Assembly (NCBI GenBank): GCA_002427365.1
Contig: DIQT01000015.1
Coordinates: 77,222-141,221 of the forward strand
Length of the DNA stretch: 64,000 nt
Reading direction: 5' to 3'
DNA from: Bacillales bacterium UBA5455
GTDB taxonomy: Bacteria; Bacillota_I; Bacilli_A; RFN20; CAG-826
Each line of letters begins with the position of its first letter. The first letter of the stretch is position 1. Below the pieces are notes generated by a model. It saw only the letters and a program-made list of their open reading frames with translations. It was not told where the DNA came from and searched no databases. Shown here piece after piece: positions 21,493-31,896 of this stretch. The position numbers and the translations under genes were made by a program.

Positions 21493-22863
21493 ATGGCAAG
21501 AAAAAAAGACGGTCCTTCAACATCAAAAAACCAGATGTTGAATAGTAAGATTTTAGTTAACGATGAACAATTTGAGACATTAGAAGATATTGTTCACCAG
21601 CTTGAAGAAAAAGCCAAAAATATTGGGTATATATTACAAGAAGATATTTTTGATATGACAAGTCATCTTGAATTAAGTGATGATGACCTTATTGGTTTAA
21701 TTAATTATTTTAAAGAAAAAAATATCGAAGTTGATACGGATATCGATGAATTAGATATTGTAATACCCGATTTAGATGAACTAAAAGAAGAATTTCTCGG
21801 CGCAAATGAATCGGAGTTTAATTATGAATTTAATGAAGAAGACGAGCTTGAGGATGAAGCAACAAATTCATATCACTATGAAGATGAAGAGTTAGACGAC
21901 GAAAAGGATGAGGATGAAAGTAACGAAATTCCGATTAATTACCGTAAAGACACTTTCCGAATGGTTGATTCAGCGCAAAAATATTTCCATGATATTGGCA
22001 ATCACCGCATTTTAACAAAAGATGAGGAAATTGCGCTCGCAAAAGAAATTGAAGCGGGGCGCGAAGCGAAAGCGCGTCTTGATGCGGGTGTTGGCCAAAA
22101 AGGCGATGATTTCTTAGTTTTTCAAGGTGATGCGGCGCGCGAAACATTAACAACATCGAATTTAAAACTTGTTGTAAGTTTTGCGAAAAAGTATACAAAC
22201 CGCGGCTTACACTTATTAGATTTAATTCAAGAAGGTAACTTAGGTTTAATGCGGACAGTCGATAAGTTTGATTATCGGCTCGGCTATAAATTCTCAACAT
22301 ATGCATCATATTGGATTCGGCAATATATTACGCGGGCGATTCATGACCAAGCGCGGACAATCCGCATTCCGGTTCATATGGTCGAAACGATTAATAAAAT
22401 TAATAAAGTTGAAGGAATTTTATTTCAAGAATTAGGTCGAAATCCTAGCTACCAAGAAATAAGTGAAGCGATGGATGGCGAATATACGCCTGCACGAATT
22501 GAAGAAATTAAATTATTATCAATTACACCGCTAAGTTTAGATGTTCCCGTTGGTGAAGATGAAGAAAGTTTTATTGGTGACTTTGTCGAAGATAAAGACA
22601 CGCTATCGCCCGTTGAATATACAAGCAATATTATGCAAACGGAGCAACTATATGAAATTATGGCGGATTGCCTCACCGACCGCGAAGATATGGTCATTCG
22701 CTTACGGTACGGATTAGATAATAATTCCCCGATGACGCTTGAAGAAGTTGGTAAGGTATTTGGGGTAACGCGCGAAAGAATTCGCCAAATTGAAACAAAG
22801 GCGATTCGAAAAATGCGCGCGCCATCACGGTTAAAGCGAATGCAAGAATATCGTGGTGATTAA
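21493..22863 (+). CDS. Group-1-like sigma-70 paralog (full length, divergent regions 1.2 and 2.4)
   Basis: Regions 1.1 (acidic), 1.2, 2 ([55 protein letters not shown]), 3 and 4.2 (TLEEVGKVFGVTRERIRQIETKAIRKMR) are all present. It shares the lineage-specific GDDFLVF insertion with the downstream copy. Confidence 0.85.
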   Translation: MARKKDGPSTSKNQMLNSKILVNDEQFETLEDIVHQLEEKAKNIGYILQEDIFDMTSHLELSDDDLIGLINYFKEKNIEVDTDIDELDIVIPDLDELKEEFLGANESEFNYEFNEEDELEDEATNSYHYEDEELDDEKDEDESNEIPINYRKDTFRMVDSAQKYFHDIGNHRILTKDEEIALAKEIEAGREAKARLDAGVGQKGDDFLVFQGDAARETLTTSNLKLVVSFAKKYTNRGLHLLDLIQEGNLGLMRTVDKFDYRLGYKFSTYASYWIRQYITRAIHDQARTIRIPVHMVETINKINKVEGILFQELGRNPSYQEISEAMDGEYTPARIEEIKLLSITPLSLDVPVGEDEESFIGDFVEDKDTLSPVEYTSNIMQTEQLYEIMADCLTDREDMVIRLRYGLDNNSPMTLEEVGKVFGVTRERIRQIETKAIRKMRAPSRLKRMQEYRGD

Positions 22864-22926
22864 ATTAGAAAATAAGGTAATAACAACTACTTATTTGAAA
22901 ATATATAACAAGAGAGGGTTAAAAAT

Positions 22927-24333
22927 ATGGGAAAAAAGAAAAAGAACGAAGATATCGAATTTCTCGATGATGATGAGTTAGAAACAGAATCCTTTGAAGA
23001 TGAAGATGATATTGACACATTAGCATTTGATTTAGATGATGAATTAGAAGAACTCGCAAAAGGTAAAAGTAAAATTTCTAAAACGCTTACTAATTTACAA
23101 ACATTAGATGAAATTAAGGAAGATTTATTAAAGCTTGGCAACAAACGCGGTTTTTTACTCCAAGAAGAAATTTTGGATGCGGTTCGCCACGTTGAATTAA
23201 GTGATGAAGAATTCGACGAATTAATGGATTATTTCCGCGAAAATGATATCGATGTCGACACCGAAGAGGAAGAAAACGACGAATTTGCTTTCACCGAAGA
23301 TGATGAAGAAGATGATGACGATGAAGTTCACGATTCTTTCTATGATGATGAAGAGGAAGATGACGATGAATTCGAGTTTTCATCAATGGAAAAAGTTCAA
23401 GCGGCGGCGACCGATGATATTAAAACAACCGATCCAGTTAAACAATATTTCCAAGATATTGGCAAATACGTTTTATTAACCGCTGAGGAAGAAGTTTTAA
23501 TTGCCAAACGGATTGAAATTGGCCGTGAAGCTGAAATTCGAATTAGCATTGGCGAAGAAGAACCCGGCGATGATTTCCTTGTGTTTGACGCAAATGCCGC
23601 GCGCGATGAAATGATTGTTGCGAACTTACGGTTAGTCGTTAATATTGCTAAACGGTATTTAAACCGGGGTTTAAGCTTCTTAGATTTAATTGAAGAAGGC
23701 AACTTAGGACTTATGAAAGCGGTCGAAAAGTTCGACTACACTAAAGGTTTTAAATTTTCAACGTATGCAACATGGTGGATTCGTCAATCAATTACCAGAG
23801 CAATTGCGGACCAAGCGAGGACCATTCGAATTCCGGTCCATATGATTGAAACAATAAACAAAGTTTCGCGGGCCCAACGGCAACTTGTTCAAGTTTTAGG
23901 AAGAGATCCGACCGCGGAAGAAATTTCCGAAAAACTTGAAGGAACGATGTCTGCCGACCGGATTCGCCAAATTCAACGCATTGCCGTCGAACCAATTAGT
24001 TTAGAAACCCCAATTGGTGAAGAAGGCGATAGTAATATTGGTGATTTTGTCGAAGATGAAACAAGTGTTACGCCAATTGACCATATTAACGATGTTTCGT
24101 TAGTGGAAAAAGTTTATGAAATTATGGAAGATACGTTAACGGACCGCGAAGCTGATGTTATCCGCTTACGGTATGGCTTAGATGGTAACCGGCCGGAAAC
24201 CTTAGAAGAAGTTGGCAAACGCTTTGGGGTAACGCGTGAACGTGTCCGGCAAATTCAAGCAAAAGCAATTCGGAAAATGCGTTCACCATCACGGTTTAAA
24301 AAATTAAAAGAATATTACGATGGAAATGAATAG
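22927..24333 (+). CDS. sigA: Primary sigma factor RpoD/SigA (canonical copy)
   Basis: Region 2.4 ([33 protein letters not shown]) is near-identical to B. subtilis SigA. Region 1.2 is [11 protein letters not shown]. Region 4.2 is [28 protein letters not shown]. It follows dnaG as in Bacillus. Confidence 0.85.
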   Translation: MGKKKKNEDIEFLDDDELETESFEDEDDIDTLAFDLDDELEELAKGKSKISKTLTNLQTLDEIKEDLLKLGNKRGFLLQEEILDAVRHVELSDEEFDELMDYFRENDIDVDTEEEENDEFAFTEDDEEDDDDEVHDSFYDDEEEDDDEFEFSSMEKVQAAATDDIKTTDPVKQYFQDIGKYVLLTAEEEVLIAKRIEIGREAEIRISIGEEEPGDDFLVFDANAARDEMIVANLRLVVNIAKRYLNRGLSFLDLIEEGNLGLMKAVEKFDYTKGFKFSTYATWWIRQSITRAIADQARTIRIPVHMIETINKVSRAQRQLVQVLGRDPTAEEISEKLEGTMSADRIRQIQRIAVEPISLETPIGEEGDSNIGDFVEDETSVTPIDHINDVSLVEKVYEIMEDTLTDREADVIRLRYGLDGNRPETLEEVGKRFGVTRERVRQIQAKAIRKMRSPSRFKKLKEYYDGNE

Positions 24334-24982
24334 CAAGTTATCTTCTCGGCTCTTAGCAATTATTAAATATGTTGATCCTAGCGATATCGTTATCGATGTT
24401 GGTAGTGATCATGGTCAATTAGCAATCGAACTCGCTAGAAGTAATGCTGCACAACGCGTTTTAGCATCGGAAAATAAACGTGGCCCCTTTAAAACTTTAG
24501 CAGCGGCGGTTAAACATAGCCAACTAACTAATTTAAACGTCATGTTAACCGATGGATTAAATAACATCCCAGCGGACATAAATACGGTCATTATCGCCGG
24601 GATGGGTGGAGTAACGATTAATGAAATAATTACTCGAAAAACTGCACCAATTACACAAATAAAGAAACTTATTTTATTGCCGCATGGTGGTGCGCCGCTA
24701 TTACGAAAAACAGCAAGTGAATTAGGTTTTTGCTTAATTGCCGAAGAAGTAATTAAGGATGATAACCACTTTTATGAGTTATTAGTGTTTGTTCCTGGAA
24801 GTATTACTTATACAAGCGACGAACTCCTCTTTGGCCCGATAAATTTACTTAAGCAATCTCCAAATTTTCGCTTAATGTGGGAAAAAGTTTATGAAGAAAA
24901 TGAATATATCTTAGCAAAACCGCTTAACCCTAAGCGGCGAAAAGAAATCGAAGCACTCCAAGAAAGGATTAAAACATTATGA
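24320..24982 (+). CDS. trmK: tRNA (adenine22-N1)-methyltransferase TrmK (YqfN)
   Basis: [15 protein letters not shown] and IIAGMGG motifs align to B. subtilis YqfN. The position after sigA supports the call. It overlaps the sigA 3' end. Confidence 0.8.
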   Translation: MEMNSKLSSRLLAIIKYVDPSDIVIDVGSDHGQLAIELARSNAAQRVLASENKRGPFKTLAAAVKHSQLTNLNVMLTDGLNNIPADINTVIIAGMGGVTINEIITRKTAPITQIKKLILLPHGGAPLLRKTASELGFCLIAEEVIKDDNHFYELLVFVPGSITYTSDELLFGPINLLKQSPNFRLMWEKVYEENEYILAKPLNPKRRKEIEALQERIKTL

Positions 24983-25755
24983 TTAGTTCACGTTCATTAT
25001 TAATTAAGCTTGGGAAACGGTTTCCTCGCCACCTTGCACTTAAAAATCGTGATCCATACGTTGGTCATCAAGTTGGGCAAATGCCGTTAACGATTAGCAA
25101 AATTTTACTTTGTTTAGATTTTGATTTAACCGTGCTTGAAGAAGTAAAAATTCATCGGCCAGATTTAGTTATTACGCATCACCCCTTTATTTATGGCTTA
25201 AAAGCAAAAGTCTTCGCTAATGACCCGGTTAAAGCGTTAATCGCGCAGCAAATGGAAGAAATGGGGATTCCAGTTTATTCTTACCATACGAATTTTGATG
25301 AAGCAGCTGGTGGAATGAATGATGCGTTAGCTTTAGCGCTAGGATTAGAAAATATTACTCCGTTAGCTAGTGCCCCAATGGCGCGCGGTGGTGAATTACC
25401 CACTCCCTTACCAATTGATAAATTTGCCAAGTTTGCGTTACGTGCATTAAACGTTGATTATGGGCTTTTAATTGATGAAGGAAGCGAAGTAATTCGGAAA
25501 GTGGCCATAATTGGTGGCGGTGGAAGTCGTTCATGGTATATCGCTAAAGACGAAGGGTATGATATTTATTTAAGCGGGGACGTTCCCCATCATGTCCGGC
25601 GTGATATCGTTGAAAGTCGCTATAATTATCTTGATTTACCGCATGAAGTCGAACGAATCTTTATGCCAACAATGAAAAAGATCCTCTTAGAAATCGATGA
25701 GGACCTCGAAATTGTTATCGTTAATCACGAACAACTACCAAAAGTTATTCGTTAA
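24979..25755 (+). CDS. Nif3-like dinuclear metal center protein (YqfO homolog)
   Basis: VITHHPFIYG and SYHTNFD motifs of the Nif3/GTP cyclohydrolase 1 type 2 family. Synteny with trmK supports the call. Confidence 0.8.
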   Translation: MISSRSLLIKLGKRFPRHLALKNRDPYVGHQVGQMPLTISKILLCLDFDLTVLEEVKIHRPDLVITHHPFIYGLKAKVFANDPVKALIAQQMEEMGIPVYSYHTNFDEAAGGMNDALALALGLENITPLASAPMARGGELPTPLPIDKFAKFALRALNVDYGLLIDEGSEVIRKVAIIGGGGSRSWYIAKDEGYDIYLSGDVPHHVRRDIVESRYNYLDLPHEVERIFMPTMKKILLEIDEDLEIVIVNHEQLPKVIR

Positions 25756-26623
25756 ATTGTTTTAAATAGTCAATTACCGCATTTGTTAATTCAAGCGGTG
25801 AAGATGCGCCGGCGGCAACTCCGGCGTATTTTTTATTTTTAAGTTGTGCGGGGTTAATATCATTAACCGTTTGTATTTGATAAACATCCGCATTTGGATG
25901 ACTAAGTTTGGCGACTTGGACGAGTTTTTTTGTGTTATTCGAATGAAATGAGCCAACAATATAAATAATATCAACATCGAGCGGAATATTTTTTACCGCA
26001 TTTTGCCGTAATCGTGTCGCTGAGCAAATTTCATTTTCAATAATTGCTCCAGGCAGATAAGTTAAGATTTCATCATGGATTTTCGCTAATTCATCAAGCG
26101 ATAAAGTCGTTTGATTAATAACAACGGGCGTTAAATCGCTAATTTGTGCATAGTTAAAGGGCAAATTGATATCAAAAAGAAAAATATTCTCGGCATTAAT
26201 TGATAATGCGGCTTTCGTTTCTGGGTGACCCGTTTGGCCAATATAAATAATTTGATGGTTATTATTTAATGCATTAATAATAACATCATGGGTAACTTCA
26301 ACTTTTGGACACGTCGCATCAACATAACTTAAACCGCGGTTACTAATCAGTTCTTCATAAACTTTTGGGTGACCATGCGCGGTAAAAATAATAATTGTAT
26401 CATCGCTTACATGCCGTAAAAAGTCTTCATCCGCACTATTTGGGCGTTCTAATGTCGAAATTCCATGTTTTGCGAGAAATTCAATAACAAATTCATTATG
26501 AACAAGCATCCCTAAAATTGCGACCGGATGGTTGGGATTATTTTTTTTCGTATCAAGGGCAATATTAATGGCCCGTAAGACACCTTCACAATAACCATGG
26601 GGATTACAAACGTGTACTTTCAT
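25745..26623 (-). CDS. ispH: 4-hydroxy-3-methylbut-2-enyl diphosphate reductase IspH (LytB)
   Basis: N-terminal HGYCEGVLRAI (GFCxGVxRA) and conserved His/Cys ligand positions. 292 aa. Confidence 0.85.
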   Translation of the reverse strand: MKVHVCNPHGYCEGVLRAINIALDTKKNNPNHPVAILGMLVHNEFVIEFLAKHGISTLERPNSADEDFLRHVSDDTIIIFTAHGHPKVYEELISNRGLSYVDATCPKVEVTHDVIINALNNNHQIIYIGQTGHPETKAALSINAENIFLFDINLPFNYAQISDLTPVVINQTTLSLDELAKIHDEILTYLPGAIIENEICSATRLRQNAVKNIPLDVDIIYIVGSFHSNNTKKLVQVAKLSHPNADVYQIQTVNDINPAQLKNKKYAGVAAGASSPLELTNAVIDYLKQFNE

Positions 26624-26696
26624 AATAAATTTTCCTCAATGTTTATAATACCATAAAAGATGATATTTACTGTATAATAGAACAGGTGAAAAAAAT

Positions 26697-28028
26697 ATGA
26701 GTAATTTTAGTCAATTTGCCTTAGGCAAACCATTAGTCGAACAATTAAGTAAATTGGGTTATGTCGATTTGACCCCTGTTCAAGAAAAAGTCATCCCACG
26801 TGCCTTACGCGGGGAATCACTTGTTGTCAAAAGTGCGACCGGAACTGGGAAAACTCATGCTTTTTTAGTGCCTTTAATTAATAAACTTGATTTAAATAAC
26901 AAAAACCCGCAAGCGATCATCTTATCGCCTACGCGGGAACTTGCAAATCAAACATATAAATTTGCTCGGGAGTTATTACCAATTTATCCAGAACTCCGAA
27001 TTGCTTTTTTAGCGGGTGGGGAAGAAAAAAGTCGCAATAAAGATAAACTCGCGCTTAATCCGCAGCTTATTATCGCGACACCAGGTCGCTTAAAAGATTT
27101 AGGCTTTGAAGATACGGTTACATCCTTAACAAGTGTGAAGACAATTGTTCTTGATGAAGCAGATATGCTCTTAGATAGTGGGTTTTTCACAATTATTGAT
27201 GAAATCCTTGGAGCGTTATTATCGCCGCAAATTATGGTGTTTTCAGCGACAATCTCGCAAAATTTAACAAACTTAATTGCTAAATACTTAAAAACAAAGG
27301 AGATTATTGATTTAAGTGGGGATAGTCCAACCGCAAACTTAGTAAAACACTACGCAATTGATACACGTCATCAAGCGAAGGAACAAGTATTACTTGATTT
27401 TATTAAATGGCGGAATCCGTACTTTTTATTAATTTTTGCCTCAACCCGGAAAGATGTCCAAAAAATATATGAGTTTTTATTAAATGCGGGGTATCAAGTT
27501 GGGACAATTCATGCGGATTTATCTTCGCGCGCGCGGAAAAACATGATGAAAAGAGTTCGAAACGATGAATTTCCAATCGTTGTTGCTTCCGATATGGCCG
27601 CTCGGGGTATTGATTTAGACCATGTAAGTGATGTATTAAATCTTGATCTACCAAATAACCTTGAATATTATTTTCATCGGGCGGGAAGAACTGGTCGCTA
27701 TGATGAACAAGGAAGCGCTTGGACGCTTTATAATAAGGATAGTGCAAAGGTTATTGCCAAATTAGTGAATCAGGGTGTGGATTTTTCCTATTATGTTTAT
27801 CAAAATGATGAATTTAAGGAAACAAGTAGCGCACCTGTTACGAAAAAAGAAAAGGTCGTAACAGCAGAACAAAAAGAACTACAAACCAAAGTAAAACGAA
27901 CAATTGGCTATACGCAAGGAAATAAAGTAAAGCCTGGTTATAAGAAAAAACGTCAACAAGCAGTTGCCAAAGTTGCTAAACAGCACGCTAAAGAGCAACG
28001 GCGGAAGCAAGTTAGACGTAAAAAGTAG
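26697..28028 (+). CDS. cshB: DEAD-box ATP-dependent RNA helicase with a Lys-rich C-terminal tail
   Basis: Q-motif, Walker A ATGTGKT, PTRELA, DEAD (LDEADMLL), SAT and HRAGRTGR. Its position next to nfo and ispH matches B. subtilis yqfR (cshB). Confidence 0.85.
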   Translation: MSNFSQFALGKPLVEQLSKLGYVDLTPVQEKVIPRALRGESLVVKSATGTGKTHAFLVPLINKLDLNNKNPQAIILSPTRELANQTYKFARELLPIYPELRIAFLAGGEEKSRNKDKLALNPQLIIATPGRLKDLGFEDTVTSLTSVKTIVLDEADMLLDSGFFTIIDEILGALLSPQIMVFSATISQNLTNLIAKYLKTKEIIDLSGDSPTANLVKHYAIDTRHQAKEQVLLDFIKWRNPYFLLIFASTRKDVQKIYEFLLNAGYQVGTIHADLSSRARKNMMKRVRNDEFPIVVASDMAARGIDLDHVSDVLNLDLPNNLEYYFHRAGRTGRYDEQGSAWTLYNKDSAKVIAKLVNQGVDFSYYVYQNDEFKETSSAPVTKKEKVVTAEQKELQTKVKRTIGYTQGNKVKPGYKKKRQQAVAKVAKQHAKEQRRKQVRRKK

Positions 28029-28043
28029 AAAAGGAGTAGTAAA

Positions 28044-28946
28044 ATGGGTGAATTAAAGTATATTGGCTGTCATGTTGGTTTATCAGCTCCGGATTTTTAT
28101 TTAGGAACGGTTAAAGAAGCGTTAACCTATGGTGCGGATACATTTATGTTTTATACGGGCGCACCACAAAATTCGCGGCGGCGGCCCTTAGAAGAAATGA
28201 ATATTGAACAAGGTCGGGCCTTAGTTAAGGAAATGGGTCTTAATGAAAAGAAACTCGTTGTCCATGCCCCGTATATTATGAATTTAGGTAATACAACTAA
28301 ACCTGGTTTATATGAGCTCTCAATTGAGTTTTTACAAAGTGAAATGGAACGAACGGCGGCTTTTGGGGCCGAACTATTAGTTTTACATCCAGGCGCGCAT
28401 GTTGGGGCAGGAGCTGAAAAAGCGATTGATCAAATTGCAAAAGGGTTAAATGAAGTTCTTGATAACGATAAAACTGGAACAATCATTTGTCTAGAAACAA
28501 TGGCTGGAAAAGGGACTGAAGTTGGTCGATCATTTGAAGAAGTCGCAGAAATCATTAGTAAAATTAATAATAAAGCCCAAATTGGCGTTTGCTTCGATAC
28601 ATGCCACACAAATGATGCCGGCTATGATGTTCGTGACGTTGATGGCGTATTAAAACATTTTGATGAAACAATCGGCCTAAATTACTTACGAATTCTTCAT
28701 TTAAACGATTCAAAAAACGAACGTGGAGCGAGTAAAGACCGCCATGAAAACATTGGCTATGGCACAATTGGCTTTGAAACACTGAATAAATGGATTCATC
28801 ATCCGTTATTAAAAGAAGTACCAAAGATTCTTGAAACCCCATATTTTAATGATAAACCACCATATAAATATGAGATTGAAATGTTAAGAAATGGTGAGTA
28901 TGTTGAATCTTGGCGCGATCAATTAGGTAGTGAAGAAAGCAAATAG
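28044..28946 (+). CDS. nfo: Endonuclease IV (Nfo)
   Basis: TIM-barrel AP endonuclease 2 signatures ([24 protein letters not shown]). Confidence 0.9.
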   Translation: MGELKYIGCHVGLSAPDFYLGTVKEALTYGADTFMFYTGAPQNSRRRPLEEMNIEQGRALVKEMGLNEKKLVVHAPYIMNLGNTTKPGLYELSIEFLQSEMERTAAFGAELLVLHPGAHVGAGAEKAIDQIAKGLNEVLDNDKTGTIICLETMAGKGTEVGRSFEEVAEIISKINNKAQIGVCFDTCHTNDAGYDVRDVDGVLKHFDETIGLNYLRILHLNDSKNERGASKDRHENIGYGTIGFETLNKWIHHPLLKEVPKILETPYFNDKPPYKYEIEMLRNGEYVESWRDQLGSEESK

Positions 28947-28972
28947 TTTCGTCTAAAACAAATAAGTATATA

Positions 28973-29028
28973 AAAAAGCCCTAATAATGTATTGAATATC
29001 TACTAGAATAATACTTTTAGGGCTTTTT
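28973..29028. terminator. bidirectional terminator between convergent nfo and ispG
   Basis: AAAAAGCCCTAA ... TTAGGGCTTTTT arms (about 11 bp) enclose a roughly 32-nt loop, with A and T runs on both sides. Confidence 0.55.
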
Positions 29029-29030
29029 GT

Positions 29031-30086
29031 TTAGATTTTGTCGATTTCTTCAATTAAAGCAGCGAGAGCGTCTTCCTCAAGGACCGTCCGAATTACTTCA
29101 CCTTTTGAAAAAATTACCCAGCGGTTTTTTCCACCGGCAATTCCGATATCCGCTTGTTTAGCTTCGCCTGGGCCATTAACAACACAGCCCATCACCGCGA
29201 CACTAATTGGTTTATTAATTGTTTCAAGATGGTTTAAGACTTCGCTAGCGAGTTTTTCAACATTTACTTCCGTCCTTCCACATGTTGGACAACTTATTAA
29301 GGTTGGATAATTTGGATATAACTCTAAATCATGGAGTAACCGTTTTGCCGCAATGATTTCCTCTTCGGGTTCAGCGGTTAGAGAAATTCTAATTGTATCA
29401 CCAATTCCTTCTAGAAGCATCGGCGCTAAGCCCGCAGCTGAGCGGATAATACCAATTTCTTTAGTTCCGGCTTCCGTTATTCCTAAATGAAGGGGATAAG
29501 GGAAAGTAGAACTAGCTAAGCGATTTGCTTCGATCGTTAATAAAACATCGGTTCCTTTTAATGAAAGAGCAATATCATAAAATTCATACTTTTCTAAGAT
29601 GTCGACATGCTTTTTCGCACTAGCGACTAAATCCTCTGCGCTAAGTGGATGAGTACCATCATTAATTGTTTTATCAACTGATCCTGAGTTAATCCCAATT
29701 CTAATGGGAACATGATGTTTTTTCGCTGCTTCCACGACTTTTTCCACATTTTCTTCTTTACCGATGTTGCCGGGGTTAATTCTTACCCCATCAACACCAG
29801 CTTCAATCGCCGCTAACGCAAGCCGATAATCAAAGTGAATATCCGCGATTAAGGGGATGGCGACTAGCTTTTTTATTTCTTTAATCGCTAAGGCGTCTTT
29901 TTCATCCATTACGGACAGCCGCATTGTTTCCGCACCTAAGCTCGCACACCGATTAATTTGGGCAGCGACTTCATTAATTCGTTCCGTTTTAATGTTACAC
30001 ATTGATTGAATTACAACTTTATTTTGTCCGCCAACTTGCAAATTTCCAAGTTTGACAGGCCGAGTTTTGCTTCTAAGATTCATCAT
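29031..30086 (-). CDS. ispG: 4-hydroxy-3-methylbut-2-en-1-yl diphosphate synthase IspG (GcpE)
   Basis: KVVIQSMCNIKT and the C-terminal CPTCGRT (CxxC..C) 4Fe-4S ligands. The start at 30086 (MMNLRSK) follows a GAGGAAAAA RBS; the ORF-track start at 30143 is upstream of the RBS. Confidence 0.9.
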   Translation of the reverse strand: MMNLRSKTRPVKLGNLQVGGQNKVVIQSMCNIKTERINEVAAQINRCASLGAETMRLSVMDEKDALAIKEIKKLVAIPLIADIHFDYRLALAAIEAGVDGVRINPGNIGKEENVEKVVEAAKKHHVPIRIGINSGSVDKTINDGTHPLSAEDLVASAKKHVDILEKYEFYDIALSLKGTDVLLTIEANRLASSTFPYPLHLGITEAGTKEIGIIRSAAGLAPMLLEGIGDTIRISLTAEPEEEIIAAKRLLHDLELYPNYPTLISCPTCGRTEVNVEKLASEVLNHLETINKPISVAVMGCVVNGPGEAKQADIGIAGGKNRWVIFSKGEVIRTVLEEDALAALIEEIDKI

Positions 30087-30206
30087 TTTTTCCTCATCTA
30101 TAATAATATAGCATTTTACTTTGTTTTTCAGTTGTAAATGCACATAAATTTGCTACAATATTAATCAAATCTATGATATTATTATCACGGTAGTAAGGAG
30201 ATTTAT

Positions 30207-30356
30207 ATGCGAATTAATATAACGCTTGAATGCAAAGAATGCGGTGAACAAAATTACCGGACCTCGAAAAACAAAAAAACGAAACCGGAAAAGCTTGAAA
30301 TTAAAAAATACTGTCCCCGTTGCGACAAACGGACAATTCATGTGGAAAAGAAATAG
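30207..30356 (+). CDS. rpmG: 50S ribosomal protein L33 (not in the ORF track, 49 aa)
   Basis: [49 protein letters not shown] carries the CxxC...CxxC zinc ribbon typical of L33. AAGGAGA RBS lies 7 nt upstream. Confidence 0.85.
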   Translation: MRINITLECKECGEQNYRTSKNKKTKPEKLEIKKYCPRCDKRTIHVEKK

Positions 30357-30383
30357 GGCTCTGCCTTATTTTTTTAAGTAGCG

Positions 30384-31019
30384 ATGTTAAAACTAAAAAC
30401 ATTTACGTATCCGGTCCAAGCATTTTCGGCTAATACTTATTTATTAATCGATGAATTAAACAATTGTATCGTCATCGATCCTGGCCAAAAAGGTCATGAG
30501 TTACGTGACCATCTTTTAGCTAGTGGCCTTAATGTTAAAGCGATTTTATTAACACATACGCATTTTGATCATATGCGCGGTGTTATGAGTTTAGTGGAAC
30601 AATTCGATTGTGATGTTTACGCGCATCATATCGATGTTTTATTATTCCAAAATCCTGAATTTAATCGGTATTGTCCAACGGATGAACCATTAGTGTTGCC
30701 GGATAACATCAAATTCGTAGAAGATAACGAAAATTTAAAGTTACTCGATGCAGAAATTAAAGTATTACATACCCCCTTTCATACAAAAGGAAGTGTCATT
30801 TATTTAATTCCCGCCTTAAATATCGTTTTCACTGGTGATACCTTGTTTAAAGGCTCCATTGGAAGAAGTGACTTATTTGGTTCTGATCCATTTGTTATCG
30901 CGGATAGTTTGCGAATTTTCAAATCGTTACCCAAATCGCTCATTGTCTTACCAGGACATGGCGAAATGACGACCTTAGAAGAAGAATTAGCAGAAAATTT
31001 ATATTTAGTTTATGCCTAA
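30384..31019 (+). CDS. MBL-fold metallo-hydrolase (glyoxalase II-like)
   Basis: THTHFDH (HxHxDH) and downstream His/Asp ligands. 211 aa. Confidence 0.75.
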   Translation: MLKLKTFTYPVQAFSANTYLLIDELNNCIVIDPGQKGHELRDHLLASGLNVKAILLTHTHFDHMRGVMSLVEQFDCDVYAHHIDVLLFQNPEFNRYCPTDEPLVLPDNIKFVEDNENLKLLDAEIKVLHTPFHTKGSVIYLIPALNIVFTGDTLFKGSIGRSDLFGSDPFVIADSLRIFKSLPKSLIVLPGHGEMTTLEEELAENLYLVYA

Positions 31020-31078
31020 ATTGTATTACATAGTAAAAATAGGTATAATAAATTCGAAAAAAAAAGGAGAAATAAATT

Positions 31079-31636
31079 ATGGCAAACGTTACAGAAATGC
31101 GTCCAGGCAATTATTTTCTTGATAATGGCGAAATTTATAATGTTTTAGATATTCATTTAAACAAAACCGCGATGAGAAAAATGGTCGTTCGCTTAAAAGT
31201 AAAAAACGTCCGTTCAGGTGCGATTACTGAACAAACACACAACTCAGGTTATCAACTAGATCGGATCTCGCTTGATAAACGGAAAATGAGCTATTTGTAT
31301 GATGATGGAAGTTTCTTAGTGTTCATGGATAATGAAAACTATGAACAAGTTTCCCTTCCCCGTGCAACACTCGACTGGGAATTAAAATTCCTTGTTCCTA
31401 ACTCAGAAGTTGACATTGCGATGTATGAAGGCGAAATTCTAGGCCTTTCTTTACCCGCAAAAGTAAATTTACTCGTTACTGAATGTCCCCCAGGTGTTAA
31501 AGGAAATACCGCAACTGGTGCGACAAAAGACGCAACATTAGAAACCGGCATTACGATTCGCGTTCCCTTATTCATCGAAGAAGGCGAACGGATCAGTGTA
31601 AAAACTGATACGTGCGAATATGATGGTCGGGCATAG
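31079..31636 (+). CDS. efp: Elongation factor P
   Basis: 185 aa with the three-domain EF-P pattern (KOW-like N-terminus, YEQVSL, GVKGNTATG..K.A..ETG). The beta3-beta4 loop is non-canonical (HLNKTAMRKM instead of KPGKG). Confidence 0.85.
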   Translation: MANVTEMRPGNYFLDNGEIYNVLDIHLNKTAMRKMVVRLKVKNVRSGAITEQTHNSGYQLDRISLDKRKMSYLYDDGSFLVFMDNENYEQVSLPRATLDWELKFLVPNSEVDIAMYEGEILGLSLPAKVNLLVTECPPGVKGNTATGATKDATLETGITIRVPLFIEEGERISVKTDTCEYDGRA

Positions 31637-31647
31637 GAGCGTATAAT

Positions 31648-31887
31648 ATGGTTTGGTGGCAAAGTTTATTATGGGTTTTACTCGGCGTTGTCGCTGGCGC
31701 AATTATCGGATTTTTTGTTGCAAGATGGTACTTTAAAAAACAAATTGAAGAAAACCCGCCAATTAATGAAGATATGATTCGGGCGATGTATACATCGATG
31801 GGGCGTAAACCAAGCGAATCACAAATTCGTCAAGTGATGAATAGCGTAAATAAAAATAAACCCAAAGATCAAAAAAAGAAAAAATAA
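31648..31887 (+). CDS. UPF0154-family small membrane protein (YneF-like)
   Basis: MVWWQSLLWVLLGVVAGAIIGFFVARWYFKKQIEENPPINEDMIRAMYTSMGRKPSESQIRQVMNSVNK aligns along its length to B. subtilis YneF. Confidence 0.75.
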   Translation: MVWWQSLLWVLLGVVAGAIIGFFVARWYFKKQIEENPPINEDMIRAMYTSMGRKPSESQIRQVMNSVNKNKPKDQKKKK

Positions 31888-31896
31888 GTAACATTT

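Noticed and set aside
30357-30383. GGGCTCTGCC followed by a T7 run after rpmG as a terminator
   Set aside because: Only a 3-bp GGC/GCC stem is possible. It is likely just a T-rich spacer before the MBL hydrolase gene.
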